A DNA stretch of 63,008 nucleotides, filler included, from Globobulimina sp. (lineage: Eukaryota): assembly GCA_003354225.1 (NCBI GenBank). It is 32 parts of 32 records of this genome, joined end to end, with 100 filler letters (N's around TTAATTAATTAA, not from the genome) between each part and the next. Parts side by side here need not be neighbours in the genome. Positions count along the whole stretch, not along the records: positions 23,680 to 25,551 come from PIVH01011029.1; positions 25,652 to 27,523 come from PIVH01011030.1; positions 27,624 to 29,495 come from PIVH01011031.1; positions 29,596 to 31,467 come from PIVH01011032.1; positions 31,568 to 33,439 come from PIVH01011033.1; positions 33,540 to 35,411 come from PIVH01011034.1; positions 35,512 to 37,383 come from PIVH01011035.1; 25 more parts are not named here. One strand, given 5' to 3'. The position numbers and the translations under genes were made by a program. The notes beneath the pieces are model-generated. The model made no database searches. It was not told the origin of the DNA and worked only from the letters and a program-made list of their open reading frames with translations. Of this stretch, positions 24,362 to 37,483 are shown one piece after another; positions within the stretch are counted from its first letter, which is position 1, and every line of letters starts with the position of its first letter.

Positions 24362-25551
24362 ATGTACAAAATTAAAATTAAAAACATTAAAAACAACAAC
24401 AATGATAAAAAAGAATCAAATGATGAATCAGCAAATAACACGCATGAAATTGATCGTATTCGAAACACAAATTTGAAACGTTCGCGTCGCGTATTTGCAG
24501 AAAACAATTCATTTGACAACAACAATAATCAGAATAGTCAGCAAAGTCTGGTATTGAGAAACAGTCAAAACGCGGAATTGCACGACAAAATCGATCAAAA
24601 TACGGCTATCATCGATAAATTTAATGATTTTTTAAACAAAAACGAGGATAAACCGAACAAATTAATCGATTCCAGACTCCATCCATATTTACAAATTGCT
24701 ATGAAGTTCGTATCGAAGTTTCAAAGCAAACGCATTTCAGCCATAAAATATGTGGATAAGATATCAAATGCAATTAATTCGCACACCGAAGAATTAGCAT
24801 TGAAAGGAAAGTTCGATAAATTTCCGTATTGGAACAGTTATAGAAATAACAGATTCCAACTCAGCCACCCTTTGATCCAAGAAAAATTAGATAATGTTTT
24901 GGCAAAATTAAATTTCAAACACAACAAAGAGATCTTAGAAGAGGTTGAATCTCATTTATTAGAGATAAACAAAGTGTATATGGGCGATTTAAAGGTGATT
25001 ATAGATCATGCTTTGGACGAACATCGTAAATGGTGCTGGATTCAGAGTGAGTTTAGTACTCAGAAGAAAGCACATAAATATACTTTGAACGTAGATTTAG
25101 AGAATGACGACCAACAAATTATCGATAAGCACATAAAATTAATATATGGTCGAGAATACCAATTGGATCAAAAGCGTTTATTTTTGCAAAATATCAGCAA
25201 AAACATTCAATTTCATATGCAAAAGAATAATGAAATTTATCTGCGTCCATCGATAGACCCCATTTATATGAATGCCGCAAAAGATTTGATTAGTAATCAA
25301 AAGAAAGCAAATAAAAATGTCTCATTATCTGCGAAAAACAAGAAATTTCCAAATAAAAATCGCAAAAATAAGCCATATAAAAACGCTAAAAACACCAAAA
25401 ACAACCACTCGTTTTTCACCAAAAACTTCAAATATGGCAAAAACAAAAACGTTAAAAACATTAAGAACAAAAACAAAAAGAAACAAAAGAAACATTACAG
25501 CGATTTGACGGATAAACAAAAATTTGGAAACTACAACAAGAATTTATTAGA
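24362..25551 (+). mobile_element. Putative Penelope-like retroelement ORF, N-terminal region (an RT domain would follow beyond the contig end)
   Basis: Intronless ORF with a helical domain and a very K/N-rich basic tract, 220 bp downstream of the hammerhead and a T-rich tract; no RT motif visible. Confidence 0.45.
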
Positions 25552-25651
25552 NNNNNNNNNNNNNNNNNNNNNNNNNNNNNNNNNNNNNNNNNNNNTTAAT
25601 TAATTAANNNNNNNNNNNNNNNNNNNNNNNNNNNNNNNNNNNNNNNNNNNN

Positions 25652-26178
25652 GGAATTTTATATATAATTCCAAAACAAAACGGAGTTCAACGAGGGAAAG
25701 GAACTGGTTTTTAAACGATATGAATGACAATGATCTATGGAATGTAATAATCGATATTGAGTTGTTGCGAATTGTGCGTTGGCAAAGGATTCCTTTCGAT
25801 GAAGTTATCGAATATTCAAGAGGTTTATAATTGTTATTGTTATTGTGGCGAACCGTTAAGTTGTTTTTGAGTTTGGTGAGTTGTGTGAGTGTGAATTATG
25901 TGATGTTATATGTACAGATTAGTGGAATTGCAAAGTGATTGGTTGAATTTAAGCATAACAGTTTTCAAAGCAATGCAACAAATCGGACTATATTCATTCC
26001 TTCCTATTTGGATTATTTATTGGCTATTTGTCGTGGTCATATTCCCAATGGAATTAATGGCTCAAATCACATTAAACTAAAAAAAGAATTTGGCGGTGTT
26101 CTTGCAAGTTGTTTAGCAAAGAAACAATTTATTAATATGGATATTGACAAAATAAAAAGTATATTATTACAAAAATAG
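25652..26178 (+). CDS. 3' end of a hypothetical protein with one intron
   Basis: Open exon at the contig start, GT-rich intron near 25823-25921, terminal exon ORF 25939-26178. Confidence 0.4.
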
Positions 26179-27335
26179 TGAATATATAACACCACAAATT
26201 ACTCCCAGACCAAATTGCACCACAAATTGCACCTTTATTCATATCCAAATTTTTAAAATATTTTGCTAAACATTTTCTATCATTAAAATTATCAATTCCC
26301 ATTGTATACAAATCATTAGTTTCAATCCCTGGTAAATCACCTCCACAAATTTGTTGTTTCTCCAATGCAGCAGACAATGCATTCATATATTTTGCAAATC
26401 GTTGATTTTCCAATGATAAAACATAACGACAAATCTGCTCAACTTTCCATAACTAACATAAATTATAATATGTGTGAATGATATTGCTTATATGTACAGA
26501 TATATTACACATAACTTTATAATTTTTGGTATCTGGAATCATTTCTCCATCAACTTTCTTATCCAACAATGCAACCGCGATTTTTATATTTTCAAAATCC
26601 TGTTCAAATTCTTTACATTCATCTAAAAATCCAGAGGTTTGTTGTTTAATTTTACCTAATTGTTCCATAGACATCTTTTTAATTATTTTATTTGCATTCA
26701 CCACTGCAACATTTATTACGTTCAAAGCAAACGATGCATTTTCCAATGAGATAAAAATTGAAGAATTATATGATCTCAAAATTGTATATTTATCATCTTT
26801 TCCATCACCATCAACCCATAAACGATATGCAATACCGTCAGTTGGTAAATTATCCACAGAAAATATTACATCTTTATTTTTATCATAAAATATTAAAATA
26901 TTTTTAGGAAAATACGCACGGTATCTCCAGAATGTAACTTTCTTTTTACAGCAAAAGACTGTGGTATTATTAAAACCAAATAGTGGCAAATTACTGTTAT
27001 GCAAAGTATATTACCTGTACGCTATTACTGTAATTTAATTTTCTGCTGCTGTCACCAGATTGGCGATGATAAAAACAAACACTGGTTGCTGTGCTGTAAC
27101 CCCATCCTGTTGTTTTGGCAGAATGTGATGCAATCCCTATGGCTCCACAACTTCTGTGTCCTGAATTTTCATATTTGATTACCCATTCATGACAACCAGA
27201 ACTAACAGATTTTGAACCATACACACATCCATGTTGTTGATCTTTCGACTTAACAACATTACCAGTAACAGTGTAACGATTTGGATCATGTTCGCCAAAC
27301 GCTTCAGGAGTTTTAAAATCTGACTGTTGTGCCAT
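26132..27335 (-). pseudogene. SPRY/B30.2 + coiled-coil + SAM protein with an apparent frameshift near 26905
   Basis: VYGSKSVSSGCHEWVIK...IGI; SGDTVRIFL then a frame change to KNILIFY; SAM-like ICGGDLPGIETNDLYTMGIDNFNDRK. Confidence 0.55.
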
Positions 27336-27777
27336 GTCGTAACGAGTTTTACTTCAAACAGAAATCAGTTGAATGTCAAAATAAAGAATGAAACAGTCAA
27401 AAAGCATTATATTTTTTGCAATTGGTTTAGCAATGAATTACATCATTTATTTATATTTACTGCGTGGCAGTCATACAATCATTGTAACTCCCATCACTCG
27501 CATTGATTACAACAAAACTAAAANNNNNNNNNNNNNNNNNNNNNNNNNNNNNNNNNNNNNNNNNNNNTTAATTAATTAANNNNNNNNNNNNNNNNNNNNN
27601 NNNNNNNNNNNNNNNNNNNNNNNTTCGCTGTGGCGACTTTCAAGCTGCATTCTAAATAAAATAAACTGCAGCACTAAAATCTCTACACTTGAGTCATGAG
27701 CGCGTTATCAACAGAACAAGAACTTACATATTACAAGTTACAATCATACAATTTATTACAATCATATACATACTGAC

Positions 27778-28821
27778 ATGCATACATAGCCCTGATATTA
27801 ATGCAGTTCATGGCAATGAAGAGGAAAAGGCAGATTCGATTATTTATAATGATATGACAGATAAAGGCGATGTCGATAAACCCAATAATATCGAACAAGA
27901 ATTAATATTGCAACCGGAATATAGCGAGCGACCATTTTGTATTACTTTCTTGATAGCCTATTACATTGGACATTGGGCATTCTTTATGTTGCATATTCTT
28001 TCTTGTTTACAATTTCTTCTTCGCCCTTGCTATATTTCTATTTGATGTAACAGCCATTGCGACATCACTCACATTATCGGTTCTATTCTGTATCGGTTTG
28101 GCATTATTATGGCTATCCTTTGAAATTATAATCCTTTTATCCCGCTTTGATTTAGGTAGTGAACATTTGCATAACTCCCATAATTAAATATAATTCTCAA
28201 ATAAATAGTTTTTCTATCTGTTTTCAGTACATTTGTATAGATTTTCATTTCACAAATTAAATATACATAGCAATGGCATATTATTTGGTGGAACGCGATC
28301 ACGATCAACGGGTGCAATTATTAAAAGTATCGGTGTATACGAAAGGGTTACCATTGTGCTGTGATACTAGTTGTTGTAAATTTGGATGCTTTTCCATAAT
28401 AACACAAAGAGCGAAACACTTATTTTTCTCAAGCAATATGTTGCATATTCTCATATATCAGATATTTATTCGTTGGATAATAACGTTTTTTGCAAGTATT
28501 ACGGTGCTATTTTGTGGCTATTTAGTTGGTATCATATCGACACCGATATGGTTTGCCATTGATAGCTCATTCTTCGATGATAGGAATATTTGTCCATTTG
28601 GGTCAAAAACGCAATGTCCAAATTGGAAAGAATGTGATTGTTATTTGCTAACTATAAATAATATTTGGATTTCCATTGTATTTTCTTTAATTGCTTTAGT
28701 ATTATTACCATCGGCATTTATGTTAACAAATATTGCGGCAAACATGGTTAAGAAATCCATATATTATTTTTATACTTATTATTATGGTAAAAATGTAGGA
28801 GATAGGAAATCATTGTTATAA
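27778..28821 (+). CDS. Multi-pass membrane protein resembling the 'putative sensor' domain; frameshift near 27957, intron near 28156-28270
   Basis: NFFFALAIF...TSLTLSVLFCIGLALLW...LSRFDL pattern; C-terminal TM helices with TNIAANMVK. Confidence 0.45.
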
Positions 28822-29143
28822 TACAAACGGTTCCATTTAATTGTTGTAGAATAAACATACGTTTTTAATCATTATTCATTGTGACTACTACATAATGTGT
28901 TCACTTCTATTTGTTTCTTATTGGAAACAGACGACACAAAAACGTTTTTTTATCTGAATTGTACAGATTGATGGCAAAGTAGCTGACTTCAAAAAACCTT
29001 GAAATCAATGATCTCACCTCACTGTCTTGTTGTGTTTGCATTTGGTTGAAATGAATAACAATGAACAGTTACAATTCAATGAAAGCATGGAAAAATTGTC
29101 GTTTTTATTATATACCAAAACGTATAAACTTCAAATTTCAAAT

Positions 29144-29495
29144 TCAAACAAAATATGCTTTAAATTTTTTAATTTTTTGACCCATAGTACCTCGTTGTTT
29201 TGCAATTTTAACAATTTCTCTTCTATCAGATTTCGATAATATATTCAAATCTGTTGGTTCAAATACATCAAATTTCAACAGCGTCAAAAACAAATCTTTT
29301 TGCCAAAATCCATGTTTCTGCATAAAAGGCTCCATTTTCTTCCTGACCATATTTTCTTTTTCCTTTGCATCCATTGAGTTTATTGCATCCACAGATAAAT
29401 TCATTGAGGATTTGGGTTTTTTAACACCTAATTTCTTTTTATGCCTATTTTTTTTTATTGGCATCATACTTTTACTTTTTCTTTGTTTTTTTTTT
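29144..29495 (-). CDS. 3' end of a hypothetical protein
   Basis: K-rich ORF open to the contig edge. Confidence 0.45.
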
Positions 29496-29595
29496 NNNNN
29501 NNNNNNNNNNNNNNNNNNNNNNNNNNNNNNNNNNNNNNNTTAATTAATTAANNNNNNNNNNNNNNNNNNNNNNNNNNNNNNNNNNNNNNNNNNNN

Positions 29596-30159
29596 ACCCA
29601 TCTCTCCGCATCATTATCTCCTTCCCAATATATTTGTTTTTGTGCTGAAGTAGCCGTGCAAACGAATTTGTTGCCTAAGAAACAGAAATGACTCGGCAAC
29701 GCAAGCTCTGTAAAAGACTCGCCTTGGATGCATGTATCACCATCTTTTGTTGCCGTATGGACTCTTGCCTCCATATGAGGACATTCTGCATGTATTTATT
29801 GATTATATATGGTAGCGTCTACCTGTCTATTTTGCGAATTTGCGGTGCAATGTATACATACTTGATTTACCGCATTGAAAAAAATCAGTATTAGTCTGGA
29901 CAGTCACTGTAAGCGAATCATCGATCTCAACACAATCGATATCATTAAATGTCCTTAGTTCAACACCACTGTTATTCTCTAAACAAGCATATTGTTTTGA
30001 TGTCTCTGCAACAACACCGCCAGCTACTAATCTGGTAGCAAAACACGTATCGATGGGATAAATCCCGGTTCCATCCCAAACTGCATTGCATAATATGTCT
30101 TCTTGATCACCACTTACGAAATATGTTAACGCTGCTAACAACAACAAAAGTGTTTCCAT
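29596..30159 (-). CDS. Secreted Cys-rich protein, 3'-partial, multi-exon
   Basis: Signal peptide METLLLLLAALTYFVSG; patterned Cys (YPIDTC, YAC, DIDC). Confidence 0.6.
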
Positions 30160-30425
30160 TCTGACTAAAACTTACTGCAGATTTTAAACGACAAGCATGT
30201 ACAAATTTGTTTGAAAAAATGAAAGCTCCACAGAGGTGGATTAACATCATATAATTATATAGTTCAAAATGAACATTCAAACAATTTTGAAAAAAAAACC
30301 TACACTTAAAAGGGAAACAATAATAATTGTCTGAGAAACTCTAAACTAAAAAAACAACTTCATGAACAACACAGTTACACACTAAAGAAAGAATATGTAA
30401 AATGAATACTTGGTTTAATATGGAT

Positions 30426-31374
30426 CTATTCTACATAATTAACACGAGGCTTTGTGTAGCCATTAACAGTGGAAAATGTTTGCATTTCTCGATGTCCAGG
30501 AAATTCAGAATCATATCGATGTGGATTATGCATAAAATCTACACCATCTTTTTTACGTCTTCTGCGACAACACCACCATGAACCTCCAGCAATACATAAT
30601 ATCAAGAAAAATAAAATTAAACTGACAACCACCCATTCAAACACACCATAATTTTGCGGATCAACCCACTTTTCATGCCATGCTTTATCATCATCATCCC
30701 CATCACCGTCAATTTCACCGCTTCCCGTTATTGTACTTTCAACATCAATGCTAGCGCTATCTATACCCTCTAACTCCGTCTCCATGTCACCTAAATATAT
30801 TAATATAACATAAGTGCAAGGATAAATATGCGCATTTGGTTAAAAACGTTATTAACTTTCAAGCGCAGCTGCAAAATCAGTTGGAATGTAAACTATCAAA
30901 GTCTCGAAATCTTCCATGTTGTTTGTTCGTATCGTGGAGTTGATCATAATTTCACCATCATAGACATCTGCATTTGTATTAATAATTGCAATGGAAGCAT
31001 GCACAGAATCGTAGACAATGGATATCATTTCGTTTAGATTCAATAGCTCCTGCAAATTTTGTAATAGTTCAATAAATAAACCTTTAATTTCTGCTAAATC
31101 GGCACATTCCATGCTTGCAATTGAATTATTCGCACATTGTAAGGTGATTATTACTTGAATATCAATAAAATAGTTGCCGACGGTGGTGGTGTGAAAGACT
31201 GTAGAATATATTGTTGTGGTTGGTGTAGACGTAGTTGACGTTTCATTTAATTGCCCTTAATTTAATTGATAAGATTAGTTAGTGGGAGGTGGACAGATCA
31301 CAGATGTAAATACCAAACTGACCATTAGCGACAAGAAATGACAACTGTAGTACTAGAAGGAACCATGCTAACAT
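30426..31374 (-). CDS. Type I membrane protein, multi-exon
   Basis: Signal MLAWFLLVLQLSFLVANG, Thr-rich linker, TM followed by CCRRRRKK. Confidence 0.65.
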
Positions 31375-31567
31375 GATTAGTGATTATTACACTCACAGAG
31401 TCATAGTAAAACTGCTGCATGGAACCAAATAATCTAAACTGTGTCCTAAATATACACTATACCGTCCNNNNNNNNNNNNNNNNNNNNNNNNNNNNNNNNN
31501 NNNNNNNNNNNTTAATTAATTAANNNNNNNNNNNNNNNNNNNNNNNNNNNNNNNNNNNNNNNNNNNN

Positions 31568-32190
31568 CAATTTTAACGATTTTATATTGCTGGAATGTCT
31601 CCAAACTAATCTGAAAGCATCAGCATTCGCTTTAAGTGGAATATTTTTCATTTCTTGAACAGTGTCCATTTGAATGTCATCTAAGTCCACCACAACACCA
31701 GTTTTATGACCAATATCTAAAGCTTTTTCATCCTCTGCCCATTCTAATATTAATTTGTTTTTATTGTCATTATTTAATGCAGCTGCGGTTTGAACTAATT
31801 TTAATTTAATATCAACAGTTCCATTTTTGTTATCTTTAATGGATATTAAAGAGGGTGTTATGGCTGCAAATTGTGATGAAATAGTTTCATAAGATGCAGG
31901 CACTTCGATTTTACGAATTATTGTATTAAGGGCAACTTTGTCGATAATATTTAAATCTAAATACGTAAATAAGTCAGCTGTGCCATTCATTAATTTTAAT
32001 TCAATTAACGCATCTCTGAAAATATAGATACGTTTCTATTTTTTTGCAATTATTTAAAGTTTATAACATACATTGAATCTAAATTAGCAGTGCATAATTT
32101 CTCTTTCAAAGACTGCGTAATACGTATTCCTTTGCGAAATAACCAGTCTTGAAAAGCAGATACATTTTGTTGACACTTTTGCTCTGACAT
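31568..32190 (-). CDS. Hypothetical protein, possibly with an FN3-like segment, 3'-partial
   Basis: Exon 1 MSEQKCQQ..., intron near 32017-32070, then ORF 31520-31990. Confidence 0.5.
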
Positions 32191-32233
32191 CTTTGCTACG
32201 TTCTTTTTGCAAAACCACTGAACGATATATTAC

Positions 32234-32375
32234 AAAAGATAACCCCCTGGTCGATAAGTTGTATACATTTTATTCATTTTATTCATGGACACTGCAAGTC
32301 GCAAAAGTTAAGGAAATCTTGATCAGAACAAATTTATAATTGAATTTTCAGTATACAAACAGGGGGTTATCTTTT
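32234..32375. mobile_element. MITE-like element B with 16-bp inverted repeats
   Basis: aaaagataaccccctg (32234-32249) / cagggggttatctttt (32360-32375), with imperfect pairing extending further. Confidence 0.6.
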
Positions 32376-32573
32376 CGAATATCGAGTGACTGAACTAGCT
32401 TGCAAGTTTTTTTTCAGATTTTTCTAATTCAATGAGATGCGTATTTCAGTGCATTCTAATTCACCAAACCCAAAAAATCAAGACCTTCTCTGATTATGCA
32501 TTGTCAAGACACTATCTGATGGTTCTGATATTTAAAAGTTTAAAAAATAATATGTCCAGTTTCAAATTCAATG

Positions 32574-33276
32574 TTATGATTTTTTTTTGACGACTTTTTG
32601 CATGGTCTCATATTGAGCTAACTGTTGTGTCAATTGATCCAATTCAGACTTGAGCTCTTGACATTTTTTATTTGATTTTTGTAAACGAGCTTCATTTAAT
32701 AACGATTCTTGCCGCGACATTTTCATATCAATATCAGTATCATCTGCTTTTTTATTTGATTCCTTTTTCTTTTTATCAACGTCATTTGTTTGCTGCTGCA
32801 TTAAATTTAATAATTGATTTGAAGCATTTGTGGCTTGTTTAGTCATCGCAGTCAGAGATTGTTGTAATCGGTAGGTTTTTAATACAGATTTACTGTGAAC
32901 ATAAATGATTGGTAACAATAACAAAGTAATTCCGCTCAATAATACGTCACGTTCATTCCGAGCCAATTCCAATTTTGCTGTGAAGATAAGTGGAAATTAA
33001 TAAATTGATCAATAAATGATGTGGTAATACATGACCTGTTGCGTCCATTGTATTCGTTGATACAGCATTTGAAAAATATACCTCTTTGAAGGTAGTACCG
33101 AAAATAAATAAAATGAATGACCAAAAAAACAAAAATACTAATTTTATTTTGGTGAATAAAGGTGCCAATGACAATAATAATGATCTCTTTATATTTGCTC
33201 CATATGGGACAAATATAATAAACAATGCAAACAATTCCAAATATAACAACCAGCGAAGGTAAAGGTCGACTTGCAT
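32574..33276 (-). CDS. BAP31/BAP29-like ER membrane protein; intron 32978-33035
   Basis: Three TM segments, splice gives AKLELARNERDVLLSGITLLL, coiled coil, C-terminal KKxx-type motif (KKKS). Confidence 0.75.
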
Positions 33277-33573
33277 GATGCTTCACGAATAACCAAACTG
33301 AAAAAAAACCGACAACTTTCCAATTGACTATGCCCAACTAAGTGATTTTCGAGACCGTTACATTTCATGTCTCCAATGTCTACACTTGTCTTTTAGATTG
33401 GCGATCCTAAATATGAATCTCATTAATGAATTTCGTCTANNNNNNNNNNNNNNNNNNNNNNNNNNNNNNNNNNNNNNNNNNNNTTAATTAATTAANNNNN
33501 NNNNNNNNNNNNNNNNNNNNNNNNNNNNNNNNNNNNNNNTATGCATGATTTATGTCTATATATATTTATAAAG

Positions 33574-34223
33574 TGACCATTTGTTTAAATTGGTATTAAT
33601 TGGGGATGCCACCGTGGGTAAAACCTCATTATTGTTACGTTTCGCAGACGATTCATTTAAAGATAATTATATAAGTACTATTGGTGTTGATTTTCGATTT
33701 CGTACTTTAACCATCAACGGAGAATTAGTTAAATTACAAATATGGGACACTGCCGGTCAGGAAAGATTTAGAACCATCACATCTGCGTATTATAGAGGTA
33801 AAAATATGTATAAATATATACAAAAACACTAAAAAACACTTTGTGATATGTGTAATAGGCACGGATGGCATCATTATGGTGTATGATATTACCAATATAT
33901 CATCATTTGATCACGTACAAGATTGGCTAAATGAGGTGCATAAAGTGACAGGATCCGCCATCACAAAATTAATCATTGGGAATAAAAATGATTTACAAAA
34001 TAAGAGACAAGTTAATAGTCACCAAGCACAACAATTTGCTCTCTCTTTGGGTGCCTCCATCATTGAAACGTCGGCAAAAACTGCAAATAATGTGGACAAA
34101 TCATTTGCGATGATCGCTGCGGAATTAGTTAAAAGAGGTAAAGTGCAAAGAAAATCAATTGTGATAAGAGAGAGTGACGACGATGATGATGACACTAAAA
34201 AAAAATGTTGTTTAATAATATAA
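33574..34223 (+). CDS. Rab1-like small GTPase, 5'-partial, intron near 33798-33858
   Basis: [44 protein letters not shown]-terminal CCLII. Confidence 0.92.
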
Positions 34224-34534
34224 ATCTTTTTGTAATAATATGTTTCTAATAGTTCTTTGGTTTTTTTTTGGCTTTGCTTTGGTCCGTTTTGTATGTTTTT
34301 TAATTTGATCTTTTGTTCGCAACTAGGTTTTCCTGTAATTAGTTTATGTACAGTATCACAAAGAAACAAGACAGCAATTACTGTTTTAATCATGATGCGA
34401 GGAAAAGTACAGTGAAACAAGAAATAAACAAACAAAACAAATATACGATAAAACAGTTGAAAAAAAAAAGAATTGAATAAAAACAATGTGGAGTTGACTT
34501 GGAAAGTATACATGAAATTAAATCAAAAATTAAA

Positions 34535-35411
34535 TCAAGACGTTACTGAATTTTTATCATTCAATACATCTTCATCACTCGTTCTATATTCCAATGGTGT
34601 GGTTGAACTCATTATAGATGCTGTATTTAACTCAATATCATCAATGTTTATCTCATTATTGCTCGCATTACTGGCAATATACAGATTATTATGACTCATA
34701 TTATGCTCATTTTCATTTACTTCCAATCCGACCTTCATTTGTCGCATATAAATATGATCGATTTCAGAGGGCTTACTCAATAATTGAGGAGTTATCATGG
34801 ATAGATTCGCTTTTTTCTCATCAACCATCATTTCTTTTGTGTTATCAATCACAACATTCATTTCCAATTCATTCGTGTTTGTATGCGTCTTTTTCGACCT
34901 TGTACTCTTTTCATAATCCGCACTATCCTTCTCATCCAATGCGGGCATTAATATATGATGTTCTACATTCAAATCATTCTCTTTATAATAGAAAGTCTCT
35001 GTAGCTGTTCATAGACGACATGCTGAAAAAAAAAGGTTTTTGAAAATAAAAACTTGCTTACTTACCTGTGGAGGATTTGCATGTCGGATGGGTCATAGTC
35101 GGTGACGCCATGGCTAACTCATGTTTGTTATTGTGTTGTTTTGAGATAGCTAACCTTGCAAAATATTGTTGTAAATCACTGGGTGACGCACCCGATTCAT
35201 GCCCCAACGCGTGACCGTGTCGTGAGGTAACGGATATCGTCTCTTCTTCGTCATTCTCAGCAAGTATAGTGATGGCAACCGGGAAGTAGGACTTATAATC
35301 CCGTTCAAAGGAGAGTGCCTCAATAACTAATTTGTCCAAAGCCCGGGGCTCTAAATCAACTTCTGAATTTCTGCTGAAGGTTAATATCTGTTTAACAATA
35401 TCTCTGGCTCG
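34535..35411 (-). CDS. 3' part of a hypothetical protein, two exons
   Basis: ORFs 35058-35339 and 34535-34972 joined by a GT-AG intron near 35023-35064. Confidence 0.5.
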
Positions 35412-35513
35412 NNNNNNNNNNNNNNNNNNNNNNNNNNNNNNNNNNNNNNNNNNNNTTAATTAATTAANNNNNNNNNNNNNNNNNNNNNNNNNNNNNNNNN
35501 NNNNNNNNNNNCA

Positions 35514-36671
35514 GTGATTTGTGATTTTCTGGGCGCCGTTTGCATATTTTTTGCAATAATATCCATCTCAAATTTATGTTTATCCATAAAACCATCGAAG
35601 ATGCGATTTGATGCAGATAGCGAGCCCTCCATTGTCGAGCTCTCATTCTTTATCTGTTTATGGTCCACTTTTATTTGTTTGTTCCCCTGCATTGTTTGTG
35701 ACATTTTATTCAAATCACAAAACATTTTAACCACAAACATTCCCGCTGCGAATTCAACTGTTTTTACAGTGAATATATTGCTAAATATCTGCATCTCGAT
35801 TGTCATCAATTCTTTTTACATATTCTCGTTCATTGCGTGTCTGTCCATTATGACCATATTATCCATCTCCATCTTATACCAATTCATTGTGTTAACGCAC
35901 GCCGTTTTATATTTTAATTTGATTGAAAAACATTGGCAGTTGCAAATATACCACACATTGTCATTAATGTGTGCCTATATTTCATGTTTCATTTATTTGA
36001 TTGTCCGCTTTGTAGAAAACAAACGACATTCAAAATTAACGTGGAACCAATACCTTACGCGACAGGATCGGATAAACTCAAATGAGTCATTTAATACATT
36101 GTTGTCGCGCTCGCAGCAAAACTTGAGCCAAAACACTAAATTCTCGACAACAGAAATAAATAATCATAGCGGTTTCGAACCGTTTCCAAATGGATTAAAT
36201 AACAGTTTTAATGGCAGCGTTCACCATATTCATAGCGGAATAAATTACATTCACAGAATAAAAAACCCAGAGTACGAACAGATGAATGAGTCCATAATGT
36301 CTCTGCCCTCCGAGGACGACTCAGTGGATGTCGACGAAAATGGGAACATCATTGACTATGAGACATATTTTACACCGACGGAATCGTCCAAACGCTTTCA
36401 TGGACCAAATATGCATAACAATAGATATGGACTGCCGGCATATATTCGGACGCCGCCAGCCAAGCAGGTCCAGGTTGGTGATAATGAGGAACAGGACATC
36501 TTATTCCATAGTAATTTGATTAAGGGAAATATTGAATATTATGAAAAAAATAAAAGTAATGTCAAGAAACGAAAAGGTAAAAAAAGAAAAAGTAAGAATT
36601 TGAACAAAGTAAGAATTGTGAAAAGGACTGCGTCGTTTGATGAGCGTGAGATTGATTATATAAATAATTAA
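35514..36671 (+). CDS. Multi-pass membrane protein with a long cytoplasmic tail, 5'-partial
   Basis: About five hydrophobic segments followed by a low-complexity tail. Confidence 0.65.
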   Translation: MICDFLGAVCIFFAIISISNLCLSIKPSKMRFDADSEPSIVELSFFICLWSTFICLFPCIVCDILFKSQNILTTNIPAANSTVFTVNILLNICISIVINSFYIFSFIACLSIMTILSISILYQFIVLTHAVLYFNLIEKHWQLQIYHTLSLMCAYISCFIYLIVRFVENKRHSKLTWNQYLTRQDRINSNESFNTLLSRSQQNLSQNTKFSTTEINNHSGFEPFPNGLNNSFNGSVHHIHSGINYIHRIKNPEYEQMNESIMSLPSEDDSVDVDENGNIIDYETYFTPTESSKRFHGPNMHNNRYGLPAYIRTPPAKQVQVGDNEEQDILFHSNLIKGNIEYYEKNKSNVKKRKGKKRKSKNLNKVRIVKRTASFDEREIDYINN

Positions 36672-36839
36672 ATTGTAACACAGTGTACATAAATACTTCG
36701 AGATAGTTGCTTTTTTAATTTAATTTTGAGGTCATTTTCAGTTTTGTATTTTAGATAATAGCTTCAAAAAAACCATACAGAATAAATATGTCATGTTTTA
36801 TTATATAGTTTGCAAATTAATTTTGCGTTCAATTTCTGT

Positions 36840-37383
36840 TCAATCATCAACATCGCACACAACATTCATCAAACTCTTAAACTCCTTCTTATCAATATTA
36901 CCATCTCTCGATAGCTGATTATCAATTTCATCAAATGTTTTATATTTATTTTCAATTTTTGCTCTATAATCATCAGGCAAAGATTTCAAAAACATTTGAT
37001 ATTCCGCCACATTTAACCCTTTTTGTCCATCAATGTCACGCACTTCAATGGCTTTAAATGCCTCAGTCAATACTCTCCGCACATTATCAGAGGCCTCGGA
37101 TCTCCACGTTTTTATCCAATCTGTGCATTTATCCAAAATCGCGGATTCACCCTCTTTAATCCCATCACCTTTCTCCTCAAATTCATGTACAAATTTTTCT
37201 AACGTTTTTATATTGGCGGACAATTTGGCATTGTTTTCCGCAAAGCCAGCAACCACTTTTTCTAATTTTGTGTTAACATCTTCTATGGTTTGGATCGATA
37301 GCTCCATTTTCTCGTTTTCTTGCACAAAATCTTGATTTAAATCCTCAGTGATTGCAATCTGTTCTTTTAAATAAAATATATCG
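36840..37383 (-). CDS. Coiled-coil + EF-hand protein, 5'-partial
   Basis: EF-hand-like loops DIDGQKGLNVAEY and SRDGNIDKKEF. Confidence 0.65.
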
Positions 37384-37483
37384 NNNNNNNNNNNNNNNNN
37401 NNNNNNNNNNNNNNNNNNNNNNNNNNNTTAATTAATTAANNNNNNNNNNNNNNNNNNNNNNNNNNNNNNNNNNNNNNNNNNNN

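Noticed and set aside
32936-33337. Apparent frameshift or overlapping ORFs in the BAP31-like gene
   Set aside because: Resolved by the GT-AG intron at 32978-33035
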